Below are positions 28,597 through 38,755 of a DNA stretch of 64,000 nucleotides, one piece after another. Within the stretch, counting starts at the first letter, position 1. Every line of letters starts with the position of its first letter. Position numbers and translations under genes: made by a program. The notes below the pieces were generated by a model. It was given only the letters and a program-made list of their open reading frames with translations. It did not search any database and was not told the DNA's origin. Origin of the DNA: an uncultured Chlamydiae bacterium (GTDB lineage: Bacteria > Chlamydiota > Chlamydiia > Chlamydiales > Parachlamydiaceae); NCBI GenBank assembly GCA_963754655.1, contig CAVWGN010000001.1:544001-608000 (forward strand), in the 5' to 3' direction.

Positions 28597-30563
28597 GAGA
28601 ATTTTTCTTAGGAAAATTGACTACAGATGCCATTCCTCACCATTGGTATACGATAGGAGGGACTGCTTTTATTATCTTGATGAGCATTGCGATCGCAGTG
28701 TATCTCACTAAAACCAAGCGCTGGGATTGGCTTTGGCATGATTGGCTTACCACTACCGATCCAAAAAAGATCGGAACCATGTACATGATTTTGGCATCTG
28801 TGATGTTTTTTCGCGGCATGATAGATGCGGGAATGGTATGGCTGCAGCAGTCAATTGCAGCAGATTCACAAGGATATCTTACCGCAGATCATTTTCAACA
28901 GGTGTTTACCTCACATGGCGATATCATGGTTTTTTTTGTGACAATGAGCTTTTTCTTTGGACTCATGAACTGGATTGTGCCGCTTCAGATTGGGGCTCGT
29001 GATTTGGCTTTTCCCTTTGTCAATTCATTAGGGTTATGGCTCACTGTTGCAGGGGCGATACTGATTAATCTCTTTTTTGTCATTGGGGGAGATTTTGCTA
29101 ATACCGGCTGGCTTGCCATTGCTTCCTTCTCAGAGCTTGAATTTAATCCAGGTGTAGGCGTGGATTATTTGATTTGGAGTTTACAGCTCTCGGGCCTTGG
29201 TAGCCTCCTTGCCGGAATTAATTTTCTTGTCACGATCATCAAGAAACGGGCACCAGGAATGAATTTGATGAAAATGCCTCTATTTACCTGGAATTCTTTA
29301 TTGGCAATGGTTCTCATTATTTCGGCATTTCCTGTGCTCACCGCAACGACATTGCTTCTTTGGCTTGATCGCGCTTTAGGGATGCATTTCTTTACGATAG
29401 GGTATGCTGGAAATCAAATGATGTACTGGAATCTTATCTGGATGTGGGGTCATCCGGAGGTTTATATTTTGGTCATCCCTGCCTTTGGCATGTTCTCTGA
29501 AATTGTCTCCACGTTTTCGCAAAAGGCCATTTCAGGATATGTTTCCATGGTATGGGCCGCAATTACAATTACTGCACTCTCCTATTTGGTCTGGCTTCAT
29601 CACTTTTTTGTCATGGGGGCTGGTCCGGATGTTAACTCTTTTTTTGGGATTATGACCATGCTGATTGCGATACCTGCGGGTGTTCAAGTGTTTAATTGGA
29701 TTCTTACAATGTATAAGGGAAAGATAAACCTTGCTTCCCCCATGTATTGGTTTATCGGATTTTTAATCATATTTATGGTAGGAGGAATGGCTGGAATATT
29801 TATGGCCTCTCCCCCCGCCGATTTTCAGGTGCATAATAGCTTATTTTTGGTTGCCCATTTCCATACAATGATCGTTGGGGTTGCTCTTTTTGGAATTTTT
29901 GCCGGCATCACCTTTTGGTTTCCTAAAATCTTTGGATTTAAGCTCAATGAGCGATTGGATAAACGGGCATTTTGGTTTTGGTTTGTTGGATTTTTCGTTG
30001 CTTTTATCCCTCTCTATATATTGGGATTCATGGGGGCGCCGCGGCGTATTGATCACTATGATTCCTCAACTGGCTGGCAGCCCTTATATTTCACTTCTCT
30101 AATTGGATATCTCTTCATTTCATGCGGAATTGCCACTCAAGTTTATCTACTCATTGAAAGCATTAAGCAAAGAAAAAAAAATTTAGACATCACTGGAGAT
30201 CCTTGGAATGGCAGAACGCTTGAATGGGCTACTCATTCTCCTCCTCCCTTCTATAATTTTGCTGTGGTTCCTCCCATTACGAGTTATCAGGTTTTTTGGG
30301 ACATGAAAAAACAAGGCTGGCAGCCGGAAACGAAATATGAAGATATCGAATGTTTTAAAAATACAGGCATGGGACTCTATATAGCCGGTTTTGCCTTCTT
30401 AGCGGGGTTTGCAATTGTTTGGCAAATCATTTGGCTCATCATTGTTGGCCTTGTGGGAGCGATCTGGTGCTTAATTGTTCTTTCTTTTGATGATGAGATG
30501 GAGTATGTGTTGCCTGCTGAAGAGGTTGCCAAAATTGAGAAATCTTATGTTCGAGGTAAATGA
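28593..30563 (+). CDS. cyoB: Cytochrome bo3-type quinol oxidase subunit I
   Basis: WGHPEVY, WLHH, AHFH heme/Cu ligands. Confidence 0.97.
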   Translation: MREFFLGKLTTDAIPHHWYTIGGTAFIILMSIAIAVYLTKTKRWDWLWHDWLTTTDPKKIGTMYMILASVMFFRGMIDAGMVWLQQSIAADSQGYLTADHFQQVFTSHGDIMVFFVTMSFFFGLMNWIVPLQIGARDLAFPFVNSLGLWLTVAGAILINLFFVIGGDFANTGWLAIASFSELEFNPGVGVDYLIWSLQLSGLGSLLAGINFLVTIIKKRAPGMNLMKMPLFTWNSLLAMVLIISAFPVLTATTLLLWLDRALGMHFFTIGYAGNQMMYWNLIWMWGHPEVYILVIPAFGMFSEIVSTFSQKAISGYVSMVWAAITITALSYLVWLHHFFVMGAGPDVNSFFGIMTMLIAIPAGVQVFNWILTMYKGKINLASPMYWFIGFLIIFMVGGMAGIFMASPPADFQVHNSLFLVAHFHTMIVGVALFGIFAGITFWFPKIFGFKLNERLDKRAFWFWFVGFFVAFIPLYILGFMGAPRRIDHYDSSTGWQPLYFTSLIGYLFISCGIATQVYLLIESIKQRKKNLDITGDPWNGRTLEWATHSPPPFYNFAVVPPITSYQVFWDMKKQGWQPETKYEDIECFKNTGMGLYIAGFAFLAGFAIVWQIIWLIIVGLVGAIWCLIVLSFDDEMEYVLPAEEVAKIEKSYVRGK

Positions 30564-31129
30564 TAATGGAAGTTAGTGATACAAAAGTTTTTGGATTCTG
30601 GATCTATTTAATGACTGACCTTATCATTTTTGCTGTGCTCTTTGCCTGCTTTCTTGTTTTGCACGATAACACTTTCGCTGGACCCTCCGCTAAAGATCTT
30701 TTTCATTTACCCTCTGTGCTTGCTGAAACTCTTATCTTACTGACTAGCAGCTTTACCTGTTCCCTTGGGATGATGGCGATTCATCGGCAGTCAAAAAAAT
30801 GGGCGATTGGTTGGTTCGTCCTGACATTTTTTTTGGGAGTCGCCTTCCTCTTCCTTGAAGTTACAGAGTTTTCTGATTTTGTCGATAAAGGAGCGAGTTG
30901 GCGGCGTAGTGCCTTTCTTTCCTCGTTTTTCACCTTGGTGGGAACACATGGATTGCATATTACAATAGGGCTATTGTGGATGGTCGTTATGATATTTCGC
31001 ATCGCTCTACGCCCCTTAGTAGAACACAGTATTTCAAGGATTTTTCGTATGGCTCTTTTTTGGCACTTCCTTGACTTTGTTTGGATCTTTATTTTTACTG
31101 TTGTCTACGGCATAGGATATTTAATCTAA
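30560..31129 (+). CDS. cyoC: Quinol oxidase subunit III
   Basis: FGFWIYLMTD, LVGTHGLH, FWHFLD. Confidence 0.95.
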   Translation: MIMEVSDTKVFGFWIYLMTDLIIFAVLFACFLVLHDNTFAGPSAKDLFHLPSVLAETLILLTSSFTCSLGMMAIHRQSKKWAIGWFVLTFFLGVAFLFLEVTEFSDFVDKGASWRRSAFLSSFFTLVGTHGLHITIGLLWMVVMIFRIALRPLVEHSISRIFRMALFWHFLDFVWIFIFTVVYGIGYLI

Positions 31130-31143
31130 AAGATAGGAGGAGG

Positions 31144-31449
31144 ATGATGCATCATACACTTTCATTACGTATTACAGGCTTTATCGCCTCACTGATCTTA
31201 ACCTTCGCAGCCTACTTCATTATTCTCTATCCACAATTTTTTAGCTTTGATATTAAGACGGCCACCATCGTCATTTTTGTTCTTGCTCTCCTTCAGTCTC
31301 TTATTCAGCTCATCTTTTTCATCAATGTTTGGAAAGAAAAGGGAGAATTTTGGAATTTAGGTATTTTTATTTCTACCGTTTCTATTATCTTCATCATTGT
31401 TTACTTTTCTATTTGGATTATCAACCATCTAAATTACCATATGCGTTGA
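31144..31449 (+). CDS. cyoD: Quinol oxidase subunit IV
   Basis: GFIASLILT, Q..IQL.FF; GGAGG SD before ATG at 31144. Confidence 0.9.
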   Translation: MMHHTLSLRITGFIASLILTFAAYFIILYPQFFSFDIKTATIVIFVLALLQSLIQLIFFINVWKEKGEFWNLGIFISTVSIIFIIVYFSIWIINHLNYHMR

Positions 31450-31552
31450 TTTAGAACATCTCCTACAATCGTTATAGAAGGAGATCTTCCAAAAATGTCC
31501 AATGTTCAGAGGGGGACAGATGTCCCCCTTACCTCGAGGAGCCAATAGAGAA

Positions 31553-32194
31553 TTAACCTCTGGTACGAGGATTGCCGCCAGCCCGGGCGCCTTGAGAACC
31601 CTCACGGCGTATAGCTCCAGTAGATTGCCTATCTTGGCCTCTACCACTCCGGTCGCCACGCCAGTCTTCTCCTCGATTATGCCATCCTTCATGGCCCCAG
31701 CTGCCACGTCTCTCTTCGCGGCCCTCGCCTCTATTACCCCAGCCTTGACCTTTATTATGCCAACCCTCATGTCCCCAGCCACCACCATTCCAGCCATCAT
31801 GACGATGGTCATTCCAATAATGATGCCAGTGGTCTCTCCATTGAGGATCAGAGATGTAAACACGACTTTGGCCATTCCAATAATAACCTTCTTGGTCTAC
31901 CCAAAAACCATTATACCATAAATAGCCCAATCCTAAAGTTGGGATATAAATGCTGGCTCCAGGTCCAGCCCAACGTGTATCGATATTTACTCCTCCAATA
32001 GAGGAATCATAATAAGCGGTTTGTTCATAAGTATTGCCATTACTATCGACAATAACGACTTGCACAGGTTGTGCTTGAGAAATCACAACTCCTGGTCCAC
32101 CAATTTGGATGATTGCGGCTTCACCTTTAGCCATCCATCCAATAGCTAAAGAGGAAGTAAGTAACATTAACCATGTTTTTTGCCATTTTTTCAT
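31553..32194 (-). CDS. Secreted protein with Gly/His/Trp-rich low-complexity tail
   Basis: Signal peptide, AAGGAG SD, repeated WGHEGWHN. Confidence 0.8.
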   Translation of the reverse strand: MKKWQKTWLMLLTSSLAIGWMAKGEAAIIQIGGPGVVISQAQPVQVVIVDSNGNTYEQTAYYDSSIGGVNIDTRWAGPGASIYIPTLGLGYLWYNGFWVDQEGYYWNGQSRVYISDPQWRDHWHHYWNDHRHDGWNGGGWGHEGWHNKGQGWGNRGEGREERRGSWGHEGWHNRGEDWRGDRSGRGQDRQSTGAIRREGSQGARAGGNPRTRG

Positions 32195-32480
32195 TGCAGT
32201 GCTCCTTTATTTAATTACCATTTGCTCAATCATTCGCATTGTGAGATAACATGCTACCCATCAAAAATATTTTTTTTGTTTATTAGTTGTCAAATGTTAT
32301 GTCGCTCTTTGGTCTTAAATAAAATGTGGAATGGAAAATAGGGCGACTAAAAATATGTGGTTTTACCTGATTCATCCGATTTATTGATGAAACAAAAATC
32401 CCGTTCTGTTTAATATTGTCTAGCGAAGCAATGTTTCAAATTTATCAAATATCGCAGACAGCTAGGATTGAAGAAGCACC

Positions 32481-33377
32481 ATGAAGTTGATTAAGCTTTT
32501 TGTTTTTGTATTTTACATAGTGTTATTTCCTCTTTATTCGTATGAATATGATCTTTGCGTTTGTGCAATTTTTCGAGATGAAGCGCGTTTTTTAAAAGAA
32601 TGGATTGAATTTCACAAATTAGTAGGTGTTCAGCATTTTTATCTTTATAACAATTTAAGCACCGATCACTATTTATCTGTTCTTCATTCTTATATCAAAG
32701 CTGGAGAGGTTGATTTAATTGAACTGGATCAAGAACATTCGAATCAAATTGAATTTAATGCTATTCAAATGAGTGCTTATGATCATGCACTTCAATTAGC
32801 TCGAGGTAAAGCGAGATGGGTAGCTTTTATTGATACAGATGAATTTTTATTTCCTATGGAAAAAAATGATTTAGTGGCTTTTTTGAAAGATTATGAAGAA
32901 TATGGAGGACTAGAAGTCAATTGGCAAACCTTTGGAACATCTGCAGTAAAAACGATTCCTAAAGATAAGTTGTTAATTGAATTTCTTACCTGGAGAGGAA
33001 ATAGAGATTTAAATATCAATCACAACACAAAATCAATTGTTCATCCTCACCTAGTCACAAGATGCACTGGTGCTCATAACTTTGCCTATCAGGATTCGCA
33101 CTATAGCGTTTACTCTAATTATGCACATTCTTCGCAATATCCCCTTTCTCCTTATATTTTGACGGATAAAATTAGAATCAATCACTATTGGGCAAGAGAT
33201 GAAGATTTTTTATACAAAGTGAAAGTTCCAAGATATCAAAAATGGCAACAACATTTAGAGTTTGTGAATCATTTGATCCCTCTTTTAAATGAAGTTGAAG
33301 ACCAAGAAATCTTAAGGTTTGCTTCTGATTTGAAAAAGAGCTTAAAGAGAAACAGGAAATTGCTCATCCGTTTTTGA
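32481..33377 (+). CDS. Glycosyltransferase (GT92/GT2-like)
   Basis: CAIFRDE..FLKEWIEFH, YNNLS, FIDTDEF DxD motif, INHY. Confidence 0.85.
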   Translation: MKLIKLFVFVFYIVLFPLYSYEYDLCVCAIFRDEARFLKEWIEFHKLVGVQHFYLYNNLSTDHYLSVLHSYIKAGEVDLIELDQEHSNQIEFNAIQMSAYDHALQLARGKARWVAFIDTDEFLFPMEKNDLVAFLKDYEEYGGLEVNWQTFGTSAVKTIPKDKLLIEFLTWRGNRDLNINHNTKSIVHPHLVTRCTGAHNFAYQDSHYSVYSNYAHSSQYPLSPYILTDKIRINHYWARDEDFLYKVKVPRYQKWQQHLEFVNHLIPLLNEVEDQEILRFASDLKKSLKRNRKLLIRF

Positions 33378-33533
33378 CGCAATAACATCCAATCTGGCGG
33401 GTGAATTTAGTTTTATTGATCAAATGCAAAAGTCGTGAACCCCCCCCATGCTCTTCTTTTACAGAGTAAAGCGCCTATTTTTTGCTATTCTTTTTCAAAA
33501 TTAACTTTAGTTTTTTATCATTTTTTTAGTTAG

Positions 33534-33608
33534 TTTAATTTTGACATAATACTTTAATTTTGACATAATACTTTAATTTTGATATTATAGATTAATGAAA
33601 TATATAAT
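33534..33608 (+). promoter_or_regulatory. 19-bp tandem repeat x3 forming three interlocking promoters
   Basis: Unit TTTAATTTTGACATAATAC; TTGACA-17-CATAAT, TTGACA-17-TATTAT, TTGATA-18-TATAAT. Confidence 0.65.
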
Positions 33609-33642
33609 GAAAACATGTAATTAACTTTTTATAAGGATTAAT

Positions 33643-34359
33643 ATGAATACAAAACTACAAGCTGATTATGCAGAGCTTGTCCATCAGTATTTGGATAATC
33701 TTCCAGCTGAAAAAGAACAAGATTTTGAAGTCATTGTAGAAGCTTTGAAGTCAATAACAGAACCTACTGTTTCTCATACAGTACCACAAAATTTAGAAGG
33801 GCGTATTAAAACCATTAAAGAAATTGTAGATAATCCTGATTTATATGTTCAAGACAACAAGTATTATGATGAATTTAAAACTATTATTATACAAAGAGTG
33901 GTAGCCAAAATTAATGAGATCCAAAATTTAAGTCCTGCAGACAAGGAAAAGTACATAGCAGACCAAAAAAAATTAAAAGAGACAGCAATGGCAAGCCAAA
34001 GTGTAATAAAAACTCATCAGCCTCCAGCACCGGGTTCAGAAGCTCATACCATTTCGGAACAACAAATGCTCCAACAAATGCAATTACAATTTCAACAAGA
34101 ACTTCTACAAACAGCACAAGCGCCTCTTATACCAAGTGAAGCGGATCGATTAAGAAACCGTCTAAATCATCTTCCATCACTAGCAGAACTTGAGCAACGT
34201 TTAGCGGCATTGAATGCACGTATACGGGACATGATAAATAACTCAGTAGTTTTAACGCCTTGGCAAATGCTTGAAATTCAAATAGAAACGAGCGAATTGA
34301 CAAGCTTACAAACTCGACGACAAAATCTAGAAGCTCAACTCAGGGCAATTAACTTATGA
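33643..34359 (+). CDS. Hypothetical coiled-coil, Gln-rich protein
   Basis: 238-aa ORF with AAGGA SD. Confidence 0.75.
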   Translation: MNTKLQADYAELVHQYLDNLPAEKEQDFEVIVEALKSITEPTVSHTVPQNLEGRIKTIKEIVDNPDLYVQDNKYYDEFKTIIIQRVVAKINEIQNLSPADKEKYIADQKKLKETAMASQSVIKTHQPPAPGSEAHTISEQQMLQQMQLQFQQELLQTAQAPLIPSEADRLRNRLNHLPSLAELEQRLAALNARIRDMINNSVVLTPWQMLEIQIETSELTSLQTRRQNLEAQLRAINL

Positions 34360-34417
34360 TTGATTGATGAGAATGGCTATCATCATCAGCTATTAGAAGC
34401 GGTTTTTGAAAGAAAAT

Positions 34418-34505
34418 CGGAGGAGGTGGGATTCGAACCCACGGTACGTGTTTAGCGTACACACGCTTTCCAAGCGTGCTCCTTAAGCCACTCGGACACT
34501 CCTCC
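34418..34505 (-). tRNA. tRNA-Ser (GGA)
   Basis: GGAGGAG acceptor stem, anticodon arm CACGC-TTGGAAA-GCGTG, long variable arm, GGTTCGAATCC; CCA not encoded. Confidence 0.97.
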
Positions 34506-34558
34506 AAAAGAAAGCCAAAAGTTTAGAGAATTGCAATTTATGTTGCAAGAATTCCTTT

Positions 34559-36007
34559 TCATTGTGGAGAAAAATGGCTAAATTCCTTTTCAGCTTCTAA
34601 ATCGCGCTCCATAGCGTCATATTTGACAGGCGTATAGTTCACAAATTGAGCATATTCTTTTCTAAATGTTAAATTGATATTGCCTACTCCTCCATGGCGG
34701 TTTTTGGCAACAATCAATTCGGCCATGCCAGGCTTATCCATGGGATCATAGTATTCACGACGTAGCAAAAACATGACAATATCGGAGTCTTGTTCAATGC
34801 TGCCGCTTTCGCGCAAATCGCTCATCATGGGGCGGTGTCCTTGGCGATCTTCTACTTTACGCGAAAGTTGAGAAAGGCAAAGAATGGGAATGTTGAGTTC
34901 ACGAGCCAAATTTTTCAACATCCGGGAAATCTCAGAAATTTCGTTTTGACGGCTTTCCATATTGCGATTAGAGCCAGAACCTGATATCAGCTGTAAGTAG
35001 TCAATGACTAGAAATCCAACTCCATAACTTTCCTTCATGCGACGCGCACGCGCACGCAAATCTGTGATTTTTAAACCGGCCTGATCATCAATAATTAAGA
35101 CATGCTTTTGCATTTCACTGACACAGCTGACAATACGTTGATATTCTATTCCATCTAATGAACCGGTTTTAATTTTATCTGATTCAACTTCTGCTCGTGA
35201 ACAAATAATGCGATGGACAAGCTGTTCAGCCGACATCTCAAGCGAAAAGATGCCCACTGGCATATGACTTTTGAAGCAAACATTTTCGGCAATATTTATG
35301 GCTAAAGAAGTTTTTCCCATTGCAGGACGGGCGGCCAAAATCATGAGGTTAGAGTTATTCAACCCGTTGATCATTTTGTCGAGATCGACAAAATGAGAGG
35401 GAATACCTGTGATACCAGAATCCTCAGGCCCTCTTTGAGCATAGCGTTCTTGCCTTTCTTGAAGCTCTTTCAAATAAGGCAGGCCTGATTCAGAGCGTAA
35501 GCCAGAAAAAATATCTGTGATTAAAACACCAGCTGCAGGGTTTGCTGCTTGGCTGATTTGAAAGAGAAGTTGCTGCGCATCATCTAAAGCGACATTGACA
35601 TCGAGCGGCTCTTCCAAAGCTGTTTTTTCAATGAGTTGAGCGGCATGAATCATTCTTCTTAGCAAAGCCTTGCTGTGAACTAATTCGACATATTCTTCAA
35701 TAAAAGCAGAAGTTCCCGCATATTGCGCCAGAGTAGTCAGATAAGCTAAACCTCCCACAGCTGTTAACTTATCTTGACGTTTGAGCTCTTCGGCTATCAG
35801 GTGGATATCAGCAGGTTTATCTTTTTTATACGCCGTCTTTAAAACCTGAAAAATAATTTTATGTTCTGTAAAGTAAAAGTCAGAATCATCCAAAGCATCG
35901 GCGGCAATATTGAGACTGTTAATGCTTGTCAGCATGCAGCCTAGAACCATCATTTCTGATTCCTTAGAATGAGGAGGAATTTTTACCTTAGTTGTCGATT
36001 CTGCCAT
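34559..36007 (-). CDS. dnaB: Replicative DNA helicase
   Basis: AARPAMGKT, FSLEMS, IDYLQL, SDLRESGSIEQD. Confidence 0.98.
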   Translation of the reverse strand: MAESTTKVKIPPHSKESEMMVLGCMLTSINSLNIAADALDDSDFYFTEHKIIFQVLKTAYKKDKPADIHLIAEELKRQDKLTAVGGLAYLTTLAQYAGTSAFIEEYVELVHSKALLRRMIHAAQLIEKTALEEPLDVNVALDDAQQLLFQISQAANPAAGVLITDIFSGLRSESGLPYLKELQERQERYAQRGPEDSGITGIPSHFVDLDKMINGLNNSNLMILAARPAMGKTSLAINIAENVCFKSHMPVGIFSLEMSAEQLVHRIICSRAEVESDKIKTGSLDGIEYQRIVSCVSEMQKHVLIIDDQAGLKITDLRARARRMKESYGVGFLVIDYLQLISGSGSNRNMESRQNEISEISRMLKNLARELNIPILCLSQLSRKVEDRQGHRPMMSDLRESGSIEQDSDIVMFLLRREYYDPMDKPGMAELIVAKNRHGGVGNINLTFRKEYAQFVNYTPVKYDAMERDLEAEKEFSHFSPQ

Positions 36008-36061
36008 ATAGCCAAACCCCAGAGGTCAAAGATTAAAAATAAAGATTTTGATGTTTATTTG

Positions 36062-36091
36062 AGATGTGTCAAGCATAGATGTGTCAAGCAT
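36062..36091 (-). repeat. 15-bp tandem duplication containing TTGACA, upstream of dnaB
   Basis: AGATGTGTCAAGCAT x2. Confidence 0.75.
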
Positions 36092-36210
36092 AAAAGATAA
36101 AGGGACAAAAAGTCTATTTCAAAGGGATCATCTAGTATTTGTTTACATGAGTTTTTGCTTGTGATTTAAACCTAAGATGTTACAGTGACCTTATTTAACG
36201 AGGGCAACAG

Positions 36211-37476
36211 ATGGTTAGGGTCATCATTATTGGGGGCGGATTTGGGGGACTCAATGTGGCTCAAGCACTTAAAAAAGCTCACTTAGACATTTTGCTGCTA
36301 GATCGCACGAATCACCATGTCTTTCAACCTCTATTGTACCAAGTAGCAACTGCAGCTTTATCGGTTAGCAATATCGCCTCTCCTATTCGCGAAATTTTAA
36401 AAGCGCAGGCCAATGTTGAAGTTCTCATGGCGAAAGTGGACCGCATTGATAAAGTTGAACAGAAAGTTTACACCTCAGATGCCACCAGTTTTTTTTATGA
36501 TTTTCTTGTCGTTGCACCTGGTGCACAGCACTCTTACTTTGGCCATGACCAGTGGGAAGCTTATGCACCAGGTCTTAAAACCATTGCAGATAGCGTGCGC
36601 ATTCGTGAACAAATTCTTTTAGCATTTGAAAAAGCAGAGCGTTGTTTAAATCCCCAAGAAGCTCAAAAATATCTGTGCTTTGCGATCATTGGAGCAGGAC
36701 CTACCGGAGTAGAAATGGCAGGTTCTATTGCTGAATTTGCTCATCGCACTTTATTTAAAAATTTCAGACATATCAATCCTGCAAATTCAAAAATTTACCT
36801 CATTGAAGGGACTCATCAGGTTTTGCCCTTTTTTCCTCCTCATCTGGCTGAAAAAGCAGAAAAAGATCTTAAAAGATTAGGTGTCGATATTTTGCTGAAT
36901 ACTTTCGTGACTAATGTGACAGACACAGGAATTTACATGGGCAATCAATTTTTACCAACACTCAATGTCATTTGGGCAGCCGGCAATCAAGCCTCGCCAT
37001 TGCTAAAGACACTAGATGTTCCTTTAGATCAGCAAGGACGCGCCATTGTCAATCCTGATTTAACCATTCCCAATTATTCAAATCTTTTTGTCATTGGAGA
37101 TGCATCACATTGTTTGGATACTCAAGGACAACCTTTACCAGGCATTGCACCTGTAGCCATTCAGCAAGGTCACTATGTAGCTAAAATCATTAAGAAAAAT
37201 CTCTTTTCCCAACAGCGCAAACCTTTTGTTTATTTTGATAAGGGGACCATCGCAACCGTTGGAAGTGGAAAAGCTGTGGCCATGATTCGTAAATTGCAAT
37301 TTTCTGGTCTTATCGCTTGGTTGATTTGGTGCTTTGTGCATATTCTCTATTTAGTCAGTTTTCGCTATCGTTTGCTCGTTATGATGCAATGGATCTTCCT
37401 GTATCTATTAGGAAGAAGACAGGGACGTATCATTATGCGATCCATTGATGATCATCAATCCTTTCCAAAAAATTAA
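36211..37476 (+). CDS. ndh: Type II NADH dehydrogenase
   Basis: GGGFGG, FQPLLYQVAT, GAGPTGVEMAG, WAAG, IGD, A.QQG. Confidence 0.92.
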   Translation: MVRVIIIGGGFGGLNVAQALKKAHLDILLLDRTNHHVFQPLLYQVATAALSVSNIASPIREILKAQANVEVLMAKVDRIDKVEQKVYTSDATSFFYDFLVVAPGAQHSYFGHDQWEAYAPGLKTIADSVRIREQILLAFEKAERCLNPQEAQKYLCFAIIGAGPTGVEMAGSIAEFAHRTLFKNFRHINPANSKIYLIEGTHQVLPFFPPHLAEKAEKDLKRLGVDILLNTFVTNVTDTGIYMGNQFLPTLNVIWAAGNQASPLLKTLDVPLDQQGRAIVNPDLTIPNYSNLFVIGDASHCLDTQGQPLPGIAPVAIQQGHYVAKIIKKNLFSQQRKPFVYFDKGTIATVGSGKAVAMIRKLQFSGLIAWLIWCFVHILYLVSFRYRLLVMMQWIFLYLLGRRQGRIIMRSIDDHQSFPKN

Positions 37477-37769
37477 AAATTTTTTTGTTGTTTTTAAATT
37501 TTAAATAATTTTTATTCAATAATTGACAGTTGATTATTAACAAATTATAATTAAATTGAGGGAATAAAAATTTCTATTTTATCTTTAATTAAAGGAGGAT
37601 GAAATTTAAAAAAAGGATGAATTAAAAATTTATTTTCAAAAATGTTTAAATTTTACCTCATAATGATGAGCTATTGTGAGGGAATGTTTTTGCTCTCATG
37701 ATAACATTTAAACTCCACTTCAGTTATTAAATTGAGAGATTTCAATTATTTGAGTTTAGGAGGGGTTAT

Positions 37770-38375
37770 ATGTACCGGATTTTTAAAGCTTTTGTCTTAG
37801 GCTTAGCTTTCGCAGCATTTAGTTTTTTACCTCTTCATATGCTTTCTGCAAAAGGAGGACATGGCGGAGGGCATGGCGGAGGTCACCACGGTGGGCATGG
37901 CGGAGGTCATCACGGTGGACATGGTAGGTATCATGGCGGTCATGGTGGCGGTCATCATGGAGGCCACGGCATGCATGGAGGCCATGGCTGGCGTGGTTGG
38001 CATGGAGGGTGGCATGGTGGTTGGCAAGGCTATCATGGCTTTTATAATAATGGATATTATGGGCCTGGGTACGGCTATGGATATTGGGGTGGTGGCTACT
38101 ATCCTGGCTATTATTTCGATGATTATAACTATGATTCTGGTTATCCCAGCACCACCTATTATTTTAATTATCCAAACGCTTATAATTACAATTATTTCGA
38201 TAGTTATAATTATCCAGGTTATTCTTATCCCGCTAATTCACAGTACTATAACGTTGTGCCTTATTCAGGCAACGTCAATTATAGCGACCCTACCAGTGGA
38301 GTGTATAACCAAGGACAATACCAAGGACAATTTCAAGGTCAATATCAAGTTCAAGGTCAATTTAACAATCAATAA
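37770..38375 (+). CDS. Secreted Gly/His- and Tyr/Asn-rich low-complexity protein
   Basis: Signal peptide, GGAGG SD, GGHGGGHH repeats, QGQ(Y/F) repeats. Confidence 0.8.
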   Translation: MYRIFKAFVLGLAFAAFSFLPLHMLSAKGGHGGGHGGGHHGGHGGGHHGGHGRYHGGHGGGHHGGHGMHGGHGWRGWHGGWHGGWQGYHGFYNNGYYGPGYGYGYWGGGYYPGYYFDDYNYDSGYPSTTYYFNYPNAYNYNYFDSYNYPGYSYPANSQYYNVVPYSGNVNYSDPTSGVYNQGQYQGQFQGQYQVQGQFNNQ

Positions 38376-38419
38376 ATATAAAATGATCTTGCATTTGATT
38401 TAATTGATATCTACCTAAT

Positions 38420-38457
38420 AACCCAAAATTCCCAAAATAAGGATTTTGGGTTTTTTT
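38420..38457 (+). terminator. Intrinsic terminator
   Basis: AACCCAAAAT...ATTTTGGGTT followed by a T-run. Confidence 0.7.
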
Positions 38458-38524
38458 ATTCTTTGAGATTGAAACAATCCTTGCAGAAAAACGCTGTGAC
38501 TATTAGGATAATTGTTTTCTTAAT

Positions 38525-38612
38525 GGAAAGATGGCTGAGTGGCCGAAAGCACGTCCCTGCTAAGGACGCATACCCCTAAAGGGTATCGAGGGTTCAAATC
38601 CCTCTCTTTCCG
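38525..38612 (+). tRNA. tRNA-Ser (GCT)
   Basis: GGAAAGA acceptor stem, CGTCC-CTGCTAA-GGACG, long variable arm, GGTTCAAATCC. Confidence 0.97.
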
Positions 38613-38616
38613 CATT

Positions 38617-38657
38617 AGGCTTTGAACAGACTTGTTCAAAGCCTTTTTATTTTTTTT
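38617..38657 (+). terminator. Intrinsic terminator after the tRNA
   Basis: AGGCTTTGAACA-GACT-TGTTCAAAGCCT plus T-run. Confidence 0.85.
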
Positions 38658-38755
38658 AAATAAAATGAAATTAGAACATAAGTTATTGAAGCTTAAGTAC
38701 TAAATTTTACCTGTCAGCAACTGTCACTTGTATTTCATCTACTCAGCTTATGAGA

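Noticed and set aside
31429..31921. Alternative-frame and antisense ORFs (148 aa, 139 aa)
   Set aside because: Shadows of the low-complexity gene 31553..32194, which has the SD and signal peptide
32400..34418. Integrative island at the tRNA-Ser 3' end
   Set aside because: No integrase and no duplicated tRNA 3' end (att site) seen
37827..38403. Met/Ile-rich 180-aa and 69-aa ORFs
   Set aside because: Off-frame shadows of the Gly/His/Tyr-rich gene
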